Assembly: GCA_948442015.1 (NCBI GenBank)
Contig: CAOJRP010000003.1
Coordinates: 19,609 to 83,608 of the forward strand
DNA: 64,000 nt
Direction: 5' to 3'
Source: an uncultured Erysipelotrichaceae bacterium
GTDB taxonomy: Bacteria; Bacillota_I; Bacilli_A; RF39; UBA660
Below, piece after piece: positions 28,258 to 37,949 of the stretch. The notes under the pieces were generated by a model, which saw only the letters and a program-made list of their open reading frames with translations, was not told the DNA's origin and did not search any database. Made by a program: the position numbers and the translations under genes. Every line of letters begins with the position of its first letter. Positions within the stretch are counted from its first letter, which is position 1.

Positions 28258-28908
28258 CTATTTATTCACTGCTACTGCATTGTTATAAACTCTATCAATA
28301 ACATCATCGGTATAATAAGTATCTAAAAATGTTGCTATCGTACTACTATTTTCAATATTATTTCTTCGCTCATCTCTTCTATAGCAAGCTAGGAATGATA
28401 TTGATACATCACAAAGGAAGAAAAAAGTAAAAAGAATCGTACAAAATTGCAAAGTTCTATTTTCTAAAATATTTTTTAATTTTCTTAATAAAGGCATAAT
28501 AATTGTATAAAAGAAAATACCCATAAGTCCCCAAAATGAAGAATGTAACAAACTAGTTCGTCCATTTAAATCAAACTTCATATGAGAATAATTCCATGAG
28601 ATAGTTCCAAATATTTTCTCTTGAAAGAAAGAGCAAAAATATTCTGTAATACCTCCTACTAAAAAGGCAAGTAAGAAAACTTTTAGAAGACATAATAGTT
28701 TATTATCACCAAATTCAGTTTTACTATAAATAAAATAGAAAATTAATGTTCCTATACCATAAATAGGGATTAAAGGTTCATAAAGTAACCCTTGCCTTAA
28801 ATGATAAGCTCCCTTAATTATGGTAAACACATTTTCCCAAACAAAACCGATAAAACTACCGATTATAAAAACTAAAAAGATAAAACTAAATTTTTTTAAA
28901 CTACTCAT
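28258..28908 (-). CDS. polytopic membrane protein (DUF1113 / putative ABC-transporter type IV-like)
   Basis: About 6 TM helices. The GGITEYFCSFFQEKIFG..WNYS pattern resembles pfam06541-type proteins. Confidence 0.45.
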   Translation of the reverse strand: MSSLKKFSFIFLVFIIGSFIGFVWENVFTIIKGAYHLRQGLLYEPLIPIYGIGTLIFYFIYSKTEFGDNKLLCLLKVFLLAFLVGGITEYFCSFFQEKIFGTISWNYSHMKFDLNGRTSLLHSSFWGLMGIFFYTIIMPLLRKLKNILENRTLQFCTILFTFFFLCDVSISFLACYRRDERRNNIENSSTIATFLDTYYTDDVIDRVYNNAVAVNK

Positions 28909-29070
28909 TACTACTAAACTAAGTCCTTTCTAAAAGTTAAGATAGCTTTATTATAAACACATATTTCTAAAAATGCTAGCAAAAGCGATTGACATTTCAG
29001 TAAATTTTGATTAACATTTGCTATATTTTATGCTAGAAATGAAAAAAATGATAGTTTAAAAGCCATCATT

Positions 29071-29475
29071 TTAATCTTTTATTGTTGTATTTAACTCCCC
29101 ACTTTCCTGGTTATATTCCATTTCAATATTGCCTTCTTGAGCATTCATTATATCAACTATAACTTCAGTATCACTACCTGTAACCGATTCATCAATTTTG
29201 CAATTAAGACTGCCATCTTCTTTTTTCGTACAAGTAGCATTCTTATCTTCGCCATCAACTTTTATTTTAATAGCATTTTTTATTGGAGTACTGATAGCAC
29301 CTCCAGTTTCAGCATCAACTGTAATTGTGAAAGTTATAAATAAAGCACAAATAGTTGTTATAACCTCAATTTTTTTTATTTTTTTCATCTTTTTTTCTTC
29401 CTCCTTTAGAAAGATGTCATAACTAATGCGATTATTAGTTAATTCTTTTATTCTTGTTGTATCTAGTCTAGACAT
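29071..29475 (-). CDS. putative anti-sigma factor (single-pass membrane protein)
   Basis: Begins 3 nt after the sigma gene stop, with an AAAGGAGG SD. It has a short cytoplasmic N-terminus, one TM helix and a small extracytoplasmic domain. Confidence 0.45.
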   Translation of the reverse strand: MSRLDTTRIKELTNNRISYDIFLKEEEKKMKKIKKIEVITTICALFITFTITVDAETGGAISTPIKNAIKIKVDGEDKNATCTKKEDGSLNCKIDESVTGSDTEVIVDIMNAQEGNIEMEYNQESGELNTTIKD

Positions 29476-29477
29476 TT

Positions 29478-29945
29478 TTAATCCTCCTTTAATTTTTTTC
29501 GGACTCTAAAAAGAGTCACTTTAACATTGCTAATACTTTTTCTTTTTATTCTAGCAATTTCTTTTATTTTATAACCATTTAGATAATATAGATTAAATAA
29601 ATCTTTTTCTTCCCTATTTAAGTTTTTTAATTTTTCTTTAATTAATAAGTTTGTGTCGTAATCAAAAGTAAAATTACTTTCTAAATTTTCATTTAGTTCA
29701 AAAGTGAGTTTTGTGTGATTCAAGTAGTTATAAGTACAATTTTTAGCAATACTTGCAAGGTATGATTTGATATTAGTTTTTATTTTTGTTTGATTTTTCC
29801 AAAGTAAATAGAAAGTATCAGATATTATTTCTTCTTTATCTTGGTATGATAAGGAATTATTAGAAATTGAATCAACAACTTTAAAAATATAAGGAGTATA
29901 TTCTTCTATTAATAGTTCTATATTTAAGTCGACTTTATTATGCAA
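29478..29945 (-). CDS. sigma-70 family (ECF-like) RNA polymerase sigma factor
   Basis: Region 2-like YTPYIFKV...DTFYLLW. Region 4 HTH LNREEKDLFNLYYLNGYKIKEIARIKRKSISNVKVTLFRVRKKLK. The TTG start lies 8 nt after an AAGGAGGA SD. Confidence 0.75.
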   Translation of the reverse strand: MHNKVDLNIELLIEEYTPYIFKVVDSISNNSLSYQDKEEIISDTFYLLWKNQTKIKTNIKSYLASIAKNCTYNYLNHTKLTFELNENLESNFTFDYDTNLLIKEKLKNLNREEKDLFNLYYLNGYKIKEIARIKRKSISNVKVTLFRVRKKLKED

Positions 29946-30014
29946 AATTCACATCCTCCTTAAAACGCGTTTCACTTAATAGATAGCTTTTTAAAGTAAA
30001 AGGTTACAAAAAAA

Positions 30015-32210
30015 TTATTTTTTACAAATAATTTTTAATCTTAAGGCATTTAATGTAACAATTAAACTACTCAAAAGCATTGCAATACAACCAAGCATGG
30101 GATTTATCTCAATTCCTAAGTTTGTAAATAACCCTGCTGCTATAGGAAGCATTAAAATATTATAAATAAAAGCCCAAAATAAATTTTGTTTAATATTTCG
30201 TAAAGTTTTTTTACTAATCTCTATTAAAGAAATAACTTTGCTTAAATCATTGTTCATTAAAATAACATTAGAAGAAGATGCTGCAACATCAGTTCCACTT
30301 CCTAAAGTTACAGATACATCAGCTAAAGCAAGTGAAGGTGCATCATTAATGCCATCTCCTAAAAATAAGACTTTTTTACCATCACTCTTTAATTTTTTTA
30401 TAAACAAAGATTTTTCTTTGGGAGTTACATTAGCTAAAACTTCTTTAATGCCTAGTTCTTTTGCTACAATAGATGCTGAAGCAAGATTATCCCCTGTTAA
30501 CATTGATGTAGTTATCCCCAACTTATTTAGATTTTTTATTACTTCTTTGGCATGTCTTCTTATAGGAGCTTTAATACCAATTAAAGCAATAATCTTCTTA
30601 TTTTCTACTAAGTAAACAATACTATTTCCTTCTTTAGTTAATTTTTCTTCATCATTTAGATGAAGATTTTTTATTTTCAATTTTTTTAACAGACTTCTAT
30701 TACCAGCATAGTACGTCTTATTATTTAATTCTCCTTTAATGCCATAGTTAGCAATATTTTCTATTTTGACATTTTTATCATAAGAAATATTTTCTTTTTG
30801 TAAGTAAGATGTAATACTCTTAGCAATGGGATGAAGAGAAGATACTTCTAAAGCTCCTAGAATAGATAATATATTTCTATCTTCTAACTTACTATAATTA
30901 TGTATCTTAGAAATTGTTAAAACACTCTCTGTTAAAGTCCCTGTTTTATCAAAGACAACTTGGTTTACTTTAGAAGTGATTTCTAATATTTCACTTGTTC
31001 TAATTAAAATACCTTTTTTAGCACAAAGACCTAAAGCAACAACTAGAGCAAGCGGGGTTGCAAGCCCTAAAGCACAAGGACAAGCAATAACTAAAACAGT
31101 TACAAATCTAGTTAGGGAAATACTAAAAGAAGAATTAATTATTAAAGAAAAAACTAACGTTAGAAAAGCTATTATAAAAACAAAAGGTACAAAATAGTTA
31201 CATATTTTATCAACTAATTGTCCAGTTTTAGTTTTAGTATTTGTAGCTTCTATGACAAGATTTGTAATTTCCGATATTAAAGATTCCTTCCCTATTTTTA
31301 AAGCCTTATAAGTAACTATACCATCAAAGTTATAAGAACCTGCTACTACTTTATCATTTACTCCTTTAGATATCGGAATTTGTTCCCCAGTTATAAAAGA
31401 TTCATCAAAATGACTTTCTCCTCTAACTATAATTCCATCAACAGCAATTTTTTCATTTGGATAAGCGATTAAGACATCGCCTTTTTTCACTTCATCAATA
31501 GTTACTTCAAAAGTTTTTTCTCCTTTTTTAATTCGTGCTATTTTGGGAGTTATAGTTACTAAATCTTTTATAGCATTTTTCGTTTTATTTTGACTAAACT
31601 CACTAATAAAACGACCTAATTTGATAAAATAAATAACAAAAATTGTTGATTCAAAATAAAGCTGATGAACATATTCAAAAAAGCCTAGAGTAACCATTAT
31701 GACACCAAATAAACTATATAAAAAACTACTAAGAATTCCAATTGTTACTAAAGTATCCATATTGGGCATTTTATGAACTAAGTTTTTTAAGCCACTTGTA
31801 ATGACACTTTTTCCGTAAAACAAATAAGGTATTGTAAGAATTAATAACGTAAAAGAATAAATAAGTGGTTCTTCTTTCATATTTAAAAATGATATTATAG
31901 GCATATTAAGCATTGAAGCATTACCAATATATAAAACAAACAAAGAAAGAAACCCAAAAATGATAAAAGGCACAATACTTTCTTTTTTCTTTTCTACTTC
32001 TTTATGTACTCCTAAAGATTTAAAACCTGCTTTTAAGACATATTTATTTAACTCATCAAGTGATAAGTCATCATAAATTATACTAGCTGTTGACATTACT
32101 AAATTAACACTAGCACTTTTTATATTTTTTTGTTTATTTAAGTATTTCTCTAAGCCATTAGAGCAAGCACTGCAAGTCATTCCTTCAATATCAAGAATTA
32201 CTTTTTTCAT
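30015..32210 (-). CDS. copA: copper-translocating P1B-type ATPase
   Basis: N-terminal HMA GMTCSACSNGLE, TM CPC motif (ACPCALGLATP), DKTGT phosphorylation site, GDGINDAP hinge. Confidence 0.9.
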   Translation of the reverse strand: MKKVILDIEGMTCSACSNGLEKYLNKQKNIKSASVNLVMSTASIIYDDLSLDELNKYVLKAGFKSLGVHKEVEKKKESIVPFIIFGFLSLFVLYIGNASMLNMPIISFLNMKEEPLIYSFTLLILTIPYLFYGKSVITSGLKNLVHKMPNMDTLVTIGILSSFLYSLFGVIMVTLGFFEYVHQLYFESTIFVIYFIKLGRFISEFSQNKTKNAIKDLVTITPKIARIKKGEKTFEVTIDEVKKGDVLIAYPNEKIAVDGIIVRGESHFDESFITGEQIPISKGVNDKVVAGSYNFDGIVTYKALKIGKESLISEITNLVIEATNTKTKTGQLVDKICNYFVPFVFIIAFLTLVFSLIINSSFSISLTRFVTVLVIACPCALGLATPLALVVALGLCAKKGILIRTSEILEITSKVNQVVFDKTGTLTESVLTISKIHNYSKLEDRNILSILGALEVSSLHPIAKSITSYLQKENISYDKNVKIENIANYGIKGELNNKTYYAGNRSLLKKLKIKNLHLNDEEKLTKEGNSIVYLVENKKIIALIGIKAPIRRHAKEVIKNLNKLGITTSMLTGDNLASASIVAKELGIKEVLANVTPKEKSLFIKKLKSDGKKVLFLGDGINDAPSLALADVSVTLGSGTDVAASSSNVILMNNDLSKVISLIEISKKTLRNIKQNLFWAFIYNILMLPIAAGLFTNLGIEINPMLGCIAMLLSSLIVTLNALRLKIICKK

Positions 32211-32424
32211 TATCTATGACCTCAAAACCTAAATCCTCTATTTGTTCTTTAATTATTTCCAAATTAATTTCTTTTTTTAATTTAATTGTAACTTCCCCAT
32301 TAGTAAATGACACTATTACATTTTCTATTTCATCTAATAATCCTAAACTATTTTTTATTCTCTTTTCACAACCTTCACAATGCATTCCTTTAACTTTAAT
32401 TTTTATTTCTTTCACTTTAATCAA
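32191..32424 (-). CDS. copZ: copper chaperone, HMA domain
   Basis: 77 aa with a GMHCEGCEKRI metal-binding loop. It overlaps the copA start by 20 nt. Confidence 0.8.
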   Translation of the reverse strand: MIKVKEIKIKVKGMHCEGCEKRIKNSLGLLDEIENVIVSFTNGEVTIKLKKEINLEIIKEQIEDLGFEVIDNEKSNS

Positions 32425-32432
32425 ATCCTTTT

Positions 32433-34283
32433 CTATATTTTTTGTTTTTTATTAACTTTTAATACTCTTAAAGCATTAATTATCGAAAGAACTGAAACAC
32501 CAACATCCGCAAATACTGCTTCCCACATGGTTGATATTCCTAATATTGCTAATAGTAAGACTGATATTTTTATGAAAATAGCAAATACAATATTTTCTTT
32601 AACTATTCTCATTGTTTTATGGGATAATTTAATGGCGCTCACTATTTTTGTTAGTTCATCAGTCATAATAACGATATCCGAGGCCTCAATAGCACTATCA
32701 CTTCCAACTGTCCCCATCGCAATACCGATATCAGCTAAAGTTAGAACTGGGGCGTCATTAATACCATCTCCCACAAAAGCAACTTTATTATTATCTTTTT
32801 TACTTTTTAGCAATTCTTCAACTTTAGTTACTTTATCTTGCGGTAATAAATCAGTATATACTTCATCAATTTTTAAACTTTCTCCTACACTAAGCCCTAC
32901 ACTCTTATAATCGCCTGTAAGCATTATAGTCTTTTTAATATTATTATGCTTTAATTCTTTAATGGTTTCTTTAGCATCATCTTTTACTTCATCTGCAATT
33001 AATATATACCCTTTATATAAGTTATCCACTGCAACATAAAGAATTGTTCCAATATCATCACTTTTCTTAAATTTAATTTTATTTTCTTTCATAAGCTTAG
33101 CATTACCAATGAGTACTTGATGTTTTTCTATTTCTGCTTGAACTCCGAAACCAGATAATTCTTGGACATTTTTAATTTTTGATTCATCAATTTCTATATT
33201 AGAAGCCGCTTTAATAGCTAGAGCAATCGGATGAGTCGAATAGTTTTCAGCATAAGTTACATACATAAGTAATTCTTCCTTACTAATTCCTACTGACTCT
33301 ATTTTTTGGATAGTAAAAACTCCTTTAGTAAGAGTTCCTGTTTTATCAAAAACTATAGTATCTACTTTAGCTAATGCTTCTATATAATTACTTCCTTTAA
33401 TTAAAATCCCCATCCGACTTGCTCCTCCAAGACTAGCAAAAAAACTAAGAGGTATGGATATAACTAAAGCACATGGACAAGAAACTACTAAAAAGGATAA
33501 GGCTGTATATAAAGATGAACTAAAACTTTCACTAGTTATTATAGGTATAACTATGGCAATAAATAGAGCACTTAATACTACGATTGGAGTATAAAATTTA
33601 GCAAATTTAGTAATAAAGTTTTCCGATTTAGATTTTTTATTGCTCGCATTTTCAACTAAATTTAAGATTTTACTCACAGTTGATTCACTAGATATTTTAG
33701 TTACTTTTATTTTTATTAAACCAATAATATTTATCGAACCACTTAATACTTCATCTTGTTCTTCTACATCTTTTGGCATTGATTCTCCTGTCAAAGCTTT
33801 CATATCTAAACTAGTTTTTCCTTCAATTATTATGCCATCTAAAGGTACTTTTTCTCCTGGTTTAACAACAATAATGTCATTTACTTTTACTTCATCGGGA
33901 TTTACTTTTTTTAAGTTTCCATTAATATATAAATTAGCATAGTCTGGTCTTATATCCATTAAAGAAGCAATCGACTTTCTTGATTTTTTTACAGCAAAAC
34001 TTTGAAAAAATTCGCCGATTTGATAGAATAACATAACTGCCACAGCTTCAGGAAATTCTTCTATAAAAAATGCTCCAATTGTTGCTATAGTCATCAAAAA
34101 ATTTTCATCCAATACTTTACCTCTTAAAATATTTCTAAAAGCTTTTTTTAATATTTCTAATCCTACTATTAAATAACTCAAAATAAATAAAGAATGAGTT
34201 ATCCATAAATCATCAAATTTTAATAGTATTGCTACAAGAAATAAAACTAGTGATAATGAAATTTTTATTACTTTCTTTTTCAT
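32433..34283 (-). CDS. cadA: Cd/Zn/Co-type P1B ATPase lacking an N-terminal HMA domain
   Basis: SCPCALVISIPL, DKTGTLT, GDGINDAP. It starts directly with TM helices. Confidence 0.85.
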   Translation of the reverse strand: MKKKVIKISLSLVLFLVAILLKFDDLWITHSLFILSYLIVGLEILKKAFRNILRGKVLDENFLMTIATIGAFFIEEFPEAVAVMLFYQIGEFFQSFAVKKSRKSIASLMDIRPDYANLYINGNLKKVNPDEVKVNDIIVVKPGEKVPLDGIIIEGKTSLDMKALTGESMPKDVEEQDEVLSGSINIIGLIKIKVTKISSESTVSKILNLVENASNKKSKSENFITKFAKFYTPIVVLSALFIAIVIPIITSESFSSSLYTALSFLVVSCPCALVISIPLSFFASLGGASRMGILIKGSNYIEALAKVDTIVFDKTGTLTKGVFTIQKIESVGISKEELLMYVTYAENYSTHPIALAIKAASNIEIDESKIKNVQELSGFGVQAEIEKHQVLIGNAKLMKENKIKFKKSDDIGTILYVAVDNLYKGYILIADEVKDDAKETIKELKHNNIKKTIMLTGDYKSVGLSVGESLKIDEVYTDLLPQDKVTKVEELLKSKKDNNKVAFVGDGINDAPVLTLADIGIAMGTVGSDSAIEASDIVIMTDELTKIVSAIKLSHKTMRIVKENIVFAIFIKISVLLLAILGISTMWEAVFADVGVSVLSIINALRVLKVNKKQKI

Positions 34284-34291
34284 ATAATCCT

Positions 34292-34513
34292 CTAAATTTC
34301 TTCTATTTCAATGTCAGGTTCTTCTTTTTTGGCAACTTTTTTAACTTTGGTTATAATTTCATCTTTAAAGTTTTCATCATATACAAGTTCCATTTTCTCC
34401 GTCATAAAATTAATGTGAACTTCCTTAACACCTTTTATTTTCCCTATTGTTTTTTCAAGTTCTAAAGCACAATTAGCACAATCTAATCCTTTTAATTTAA
34501 AATTACTTTTCAT
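34292..34513 (-). CDS. stand-alone HMA domain protein (looks like the detached N-terminus of CadA)
   Basis: GLDCANCALELEKTI is the metal-binding loop usually fused to clostridial-type CadA. It lies 8 nt upstream of cadA, in a different frame. Confidence 0.75.
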   Translation of the reverse strand: MKSNFKLKGLDCANCALELEKTIGKIKGVKEVHINFMTEKMELVYDENFKDEIITKVKKVAKKEEPDIEIEEI

Positions 34514-34516
34514 TTA

Positions 34517-34888
34517 TTAATTCCTTCTTTCTCTATGTTCTACATGCTCTATTCCTATTTCAATTACTTCTTTAACATGTTCATCATCAAGCATATAGTA
34601 AACTTCTTTTGAAATTTTATAACATTTAACAATACCACTTCTTCGTAATTCACTTAATTGATGCGATATTGATGACTTACTCATACTTAGGACATTAGCA
34701 ATATCACAAACACACATTTCACTTTGAACTAATGCATATAAAATTTTCATTCTTGTTGGAGTTCCCAAAATTTTAAAGAAATCTGCTATTTTAAAAAACA
34801 TACTGTCTTCAAGCATTTCTTTATTCACTTTTGTTACTACATCGTTATGAATTATATTACAATCACAAGTAAATTCGTTTTTAGCCAT
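34517..34888 (-). CDS. ArsR/SmtB-family metalloregulator (CadC-like)
   Basis: FKILGTPTRMKILYAL...EMCVCDIANVLSMSKSSISHQLSELR is the ArsR HTH with the CVC metal site. There are also N-terminal Cys residues (FTCDCN). The start is trimmed to MAKNEF (34888) after a GAGGTGAAAAA SD. Confidence 0.85.
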   Translation of the reverse strand: MAKNEFTCDCNIIHNDVVTKVNKEMLEDSMFFKIADFFKILGTPTRMKILYALVQSEMCVCDIANVLSMSKSSISHQLSELRRSGIVKCYKISKEVYYMLDDEHVKEVIEIGIEHVEHRERRN

Positions 34889-34923
34889 TTTTTCACCTCT
34901 TCCAAAATATATAACATATTTAG

Positions 34924-34978
34924 TTGAGCAATTATTCAACCTTGAATTAATTATAGTTGAATAATTATTCACTTGTCA
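34924..34978 (-). promoter_or_regulatory. promoter and ArsR-type operators of the metal operon
   Basis: On the minus strand, TTGACA (34973-34978), an 18-nt spacer, then TATAAT (34950-34955). A perfect 14-bp palindrome TGAATAATTATTCA (34958-34971) fills the spacer. A second imperfect copy TTGAGCAATTATTCAA lies at 34924-34939. Confidence 0.65.
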
Positions 34979-35101
34979 AGAAAAAATTAAAATTTCTTTA
35001 ATTTTTTACTAAATCTCAGCAATAATTAGATTATTGAAAACAAAAAAACTGATTATTGCTATAAACTCATTATTATGGTATATTTAATAAGGTGAAGTTT
35101 T

Positions 35102-35557
35102 ATGAAAAAGAATATTATTATAATTGGAATTATTTTATTTATAGTTGCTTTTGGAGCATTATTTGCATATGTAGGCAAAACTAAGAAAGAGGAAGAAAAT
35201 GAAATAAATAGTCATTTAGTATTATTAAATGCTAGTGAATTTAAAGAAAAAATAGAAAATAAAGAATCTTTTATCATCATTATGACAGGTAGTAAGTGTT
35301 CTCATTGTGAATCTTATTTACCAATATTTAAGAAAGTATTAGCAGACTATGATTTAACAGCATATCAAATTCATACTGATTTATTAAATAATGAAGAGCA
35401 AGCTTTTGTAAAAGGTGTCGCAACAATTAATGGTACTCCAACAGTAATCTTTATTAAAAATGGCGAAGAAATGAGTACGATGAATCGTTTAGTAGGAGAA
35501 AAGTCAAGAACTGAAACAATTGATAGGCTTAAAGTTATGGGATATATAGAAAAGTAA
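35102..35557 (+). CDS. membrane-anchored thioredoxin-like protein
   Basis: An N-terminal TM helix and a thioredoxin fold with CSHC. Confidence 0.7.
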   Translation: MKKNIIIIGIILFIVAFGALFAYVGKTKKEEENEINSHLVLLNASEFKEKIENKESFIIIMTGSKCSHCESYLPIFKKVLADYDLTAYQIHTDLLNNEEQAFVKGVATINGTPTVIFIKNGEEMSTMNRLVGEKSRTETIDRLKVMGYIEK

Positions 35558-35568
35558 GGAAGATAAAT

Positions 35569-36261
35569 ATGTTAGAAAAAAAGAATAAAAATTATAGGGA
35601 AATAACTAAAGGAATTTTTATTTACCTTCTTTTTTTTATATTTCCTATTGTATTTCAATTAGTATTTTATAATTTTATTACTAGCGACAATAACTTAGTT
35701 AAAGCAAGTACTTTACTTGCTTGTGAAATATCTCTCACTATAGTATTAATTTTCTTAAATAAAGATAAATTTAAAAATTGCTTTAGTGATTTCAAGAAGA
35801 ATAAAAAAGAATATTTTGATATTTGTTTTAAATCTTGGTTACTTGGTTTTATCGCTATGAGTGCATCTAATTTACTTATCAATTTTTTTGTTACTAATGG
35901 AATAGCTAATAATGAAGCAATTAATAGAACTGTTTTAAAAGAACTAGTAATCTATGCTGTCCCTGCAATGTGTATTTTAGGTCCAATATGTGAAGAACTA
36001 GCTTTTAGAGCATCTTTTAAAAATGCTATTAAAAATAAGAAATTATTTATTTATATAACTTCTCTACTCTTTGCTCTAGCTCACATCGTTTCTAGTTATA
36101 CAAGATTAACTGATTTATTATATATAATTCCCTACTTTTCTATGGGGTATGCCCTAGGTTATGTTTATAGCGAGTCAGATAATATACTATGTAATATCTC
36201 TGTCCATATCTTTCATAATTCTCTTGCTATCCTTTCTTATCTTGCTTTATTATTTATTTAG
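35569..36261 (+). CDS. CPBP-family intramembrane glutamic endopeptidase (CAAX protease-like)
   Basis: EELAFRA (motif 1), FALAH (motif 2), HIFHN (motif 3), and multiple TM helices. Confidence 0.8.
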   Translation: MLEKKNKNYREITKGIFIYLLFFIFPIVFQLVFYNFITSDNNLVKASTLLACEISLTIVLIFLNKDKFKNCFSDFKKNKKEYFDICFKSWLLGFIAMSASNLLINFFVTNGIANNEAINRTVLKELVIYAVPAMCILGPICEELAFRASFKNAIKNKKLFIYITSLLFALAHIVSSYTRLTDLLYIIPYFSMGYALGYVYSESDNILCNISVHIFHNSLAILSYLALLFI

Positions 36262-36272
36262 GAGGTCTTTTT

Positions 36273-37139
36273 ATGCGCTCTGATAGATATGAATTAGAAG
36301 AAGAACAAGAAAATCAAGAAGAAACAAAAAAAACTTTTGGAAGATATAAAAAAATAGCCATTATTATTTTTGTTATCTTCTTAATAATTTTCTGTTATGC
36401 TAGACTGATTGAACCAAACTTTATAGTTATAAAAGAACATAAAGTAGAACACTCTTTAATTAATAAGGATTATGATGGCTTTAAAATAGCTCATATTAGT
36501 GATATTAGATATGGAACAACAATTAATAAGGAGAAACTAGAACAAATAGTTAAAAAAGTTAATGACTTAAATCCTGATATTATTGTCTTTACTGGAAATT
36601 TATTTGATAAAGATACAATTTTAAATGATGATAATTACCATGATATTATTACAACTTTGAGTGAATTAAAACCCAAACTATATAAATATGCTATTAGTAG
36701 TAAAAGTGACAATGAAAACGATAATTATTATGATGTTATTGATAAAGCAGATTTTATTTTATTAGATAATAAAACGAAGTTATTATTTTACAAGTCAACT
36801 ACTCCTTTAGTTATAGTTGGACTTAACTCAGATAATCCTGATTATAGTATTTTAGATAACGAAGAAGAAAAAGATTATTACAAAATTGTTTTAACCCATG
36901 AACCTGATTATATAGATAATCTAAGTAGCGGGAACTTAGTTTTATCTGGTAGTATTGGTGGAATTGTAAATATTATAAATCCTTTATTTAAAGAGGAAAA
37001 TGTTACTAACTATTACAAAGAACATTATAGTTTTGATGATAAAGAATTATTTGTCTCTAATGGATTAGGAACTAACAAATATAAATTACGATTTAATAAT
37101 CTACCAAGTATAAGCTTATATCGCTTATATAATAAGTAA
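36273..37139 (+). CDS. membrane-anchored metallophosphoesterase (YkuE-like)
   Basis: An N-terminal TM helix. Calcineurin-like motifs IAHISDIRYG and FTGNLFD, and later THEPD. Confidence 0.8.
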   Translation: MRSDRYELEEEQENQEETKKTFGRYKKIAIIIFVIFLIIFCYARLIEPNFIVIKEHKVEHSLINKDYDGFKIAHISDIRYGTTINKEKLEQIVKKVNDLNPDIIVFTGNLFDKDTILNDDNYHDIITTLSELKPKLYKYAISSKSDNENDNYYDVIDKADFILLDNKTKLLFYKSTTPLVIVGLNSDNPDYSILDNEEEKDYYKIVLTHEPDYIDNLSSGNLVLSGSIGGIVNIINPLFKEENVTNYYKEHYSFDDKELFVSNGLGTNKYKLRFNNLPSISLYRLYNK

Positions 37140-37146
37140 TTATTTT

Positions 37147-37170
37147 ATGGCATGATTGTGCCATTTTTAT
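37147..37170 (+). terminator. rho-independent terminator
   Basis: atggca-tgattg-tgccat hairpin followed by tttttatttt. Confidence 0.65.
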
Positions 37171-37259
37171 TTTAATAAATTTCACAATTCTTTCATAATA
37201 TGTCCACATTTCTTTCAATAAAATACTTTAGGATATGATTTGTGAAAGGAAAGTTTAGA

Positions 37260-37949
37260 ATGTATGAAAAAGTTTTTCAAAGAGAAGAAGTAAAATATCT
37301 TTTAAGTGAAGAAAAGAAAAGTCTTTTATTAGAAAAAATCAAAGATAAAATAGAACAAGATAAATACTATCAAACAACAATCTGTAATATTTATTTTGAT
37401 AACGATAATAACGATTTAATAATCAATTCATTAGAAAAACCAGTATTTAAAGAAAAAATAAGATTAAGAAGTTATCAAGTACCTAATATGAAAGATGATG
37501 TCTTTTTAGAAATTAAAAATAAATATAAAGGTATTGTCTATAAAAGAAGAATAAAACTAAAATTATGTGATTACTATAACTACCTTCATAATAGGAAACA
37601 TAATAATTCCCAAATCATGAAAGAAATAGACTACTACATAAAATTTAAAAAGCTAAAACCCAAAATATTTATAGCTTATGACAGAATAAGTTTTAAAGGA
37701 AAAGAAGAATCTTTAAGAATTACCCTTGATAGTAATTTAAGAAGTAGAACTAGTGATTTAAACTTAGAGTTAGGTGATGCTGGAAAAAAATACTTTAAAG
37801 ATAATTACTATATAATGGAAATAAAATCAGCTACTTCTATACCTCTATGGCTTACTAAAACACTATCTGAATTACAAATTTACCCTACTTCTTTTTCTAA
37901 ATATGGAAGCATTTATAAAAAATTAAAGGAGATGATAACAAATGCTTAG
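37260..37949 (+). CDS. VTC-domain (polyphosphate polymerase-like, CYTH/TTM fold) protein
   Basis: FQREEVKYLL...YFDNDNNDL...KIRLRSY...LEIKNKYKGIVYKRR...IMEIK follows the tunnel-fold basic/acidic pattern of bacterial VTC-domain proteins. The ATG at 37260 follows AAAGGAAAG. Confidence 0.7.
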   Translation: MYEKVFQREEVKYLLSEEKKSLLLEKIKDKIEQDKYYQTTICNIYFDNDNNDLIINSLEKPVFKEKIRLRSYQVPNMKDDVFLEIKNKYKGIVYKRRIKLKLCDYYNYLHNRKHNNSQIMKEIDYYIKFKKLKPKIFIAYDRISFKGKEESLRITLDSNLRSRTSDLNLELGDAGKKYFKDNYYIMEIKSATSIPLWLTKTLSELQIYPTSFSKYGSIYKKLKEMITNA

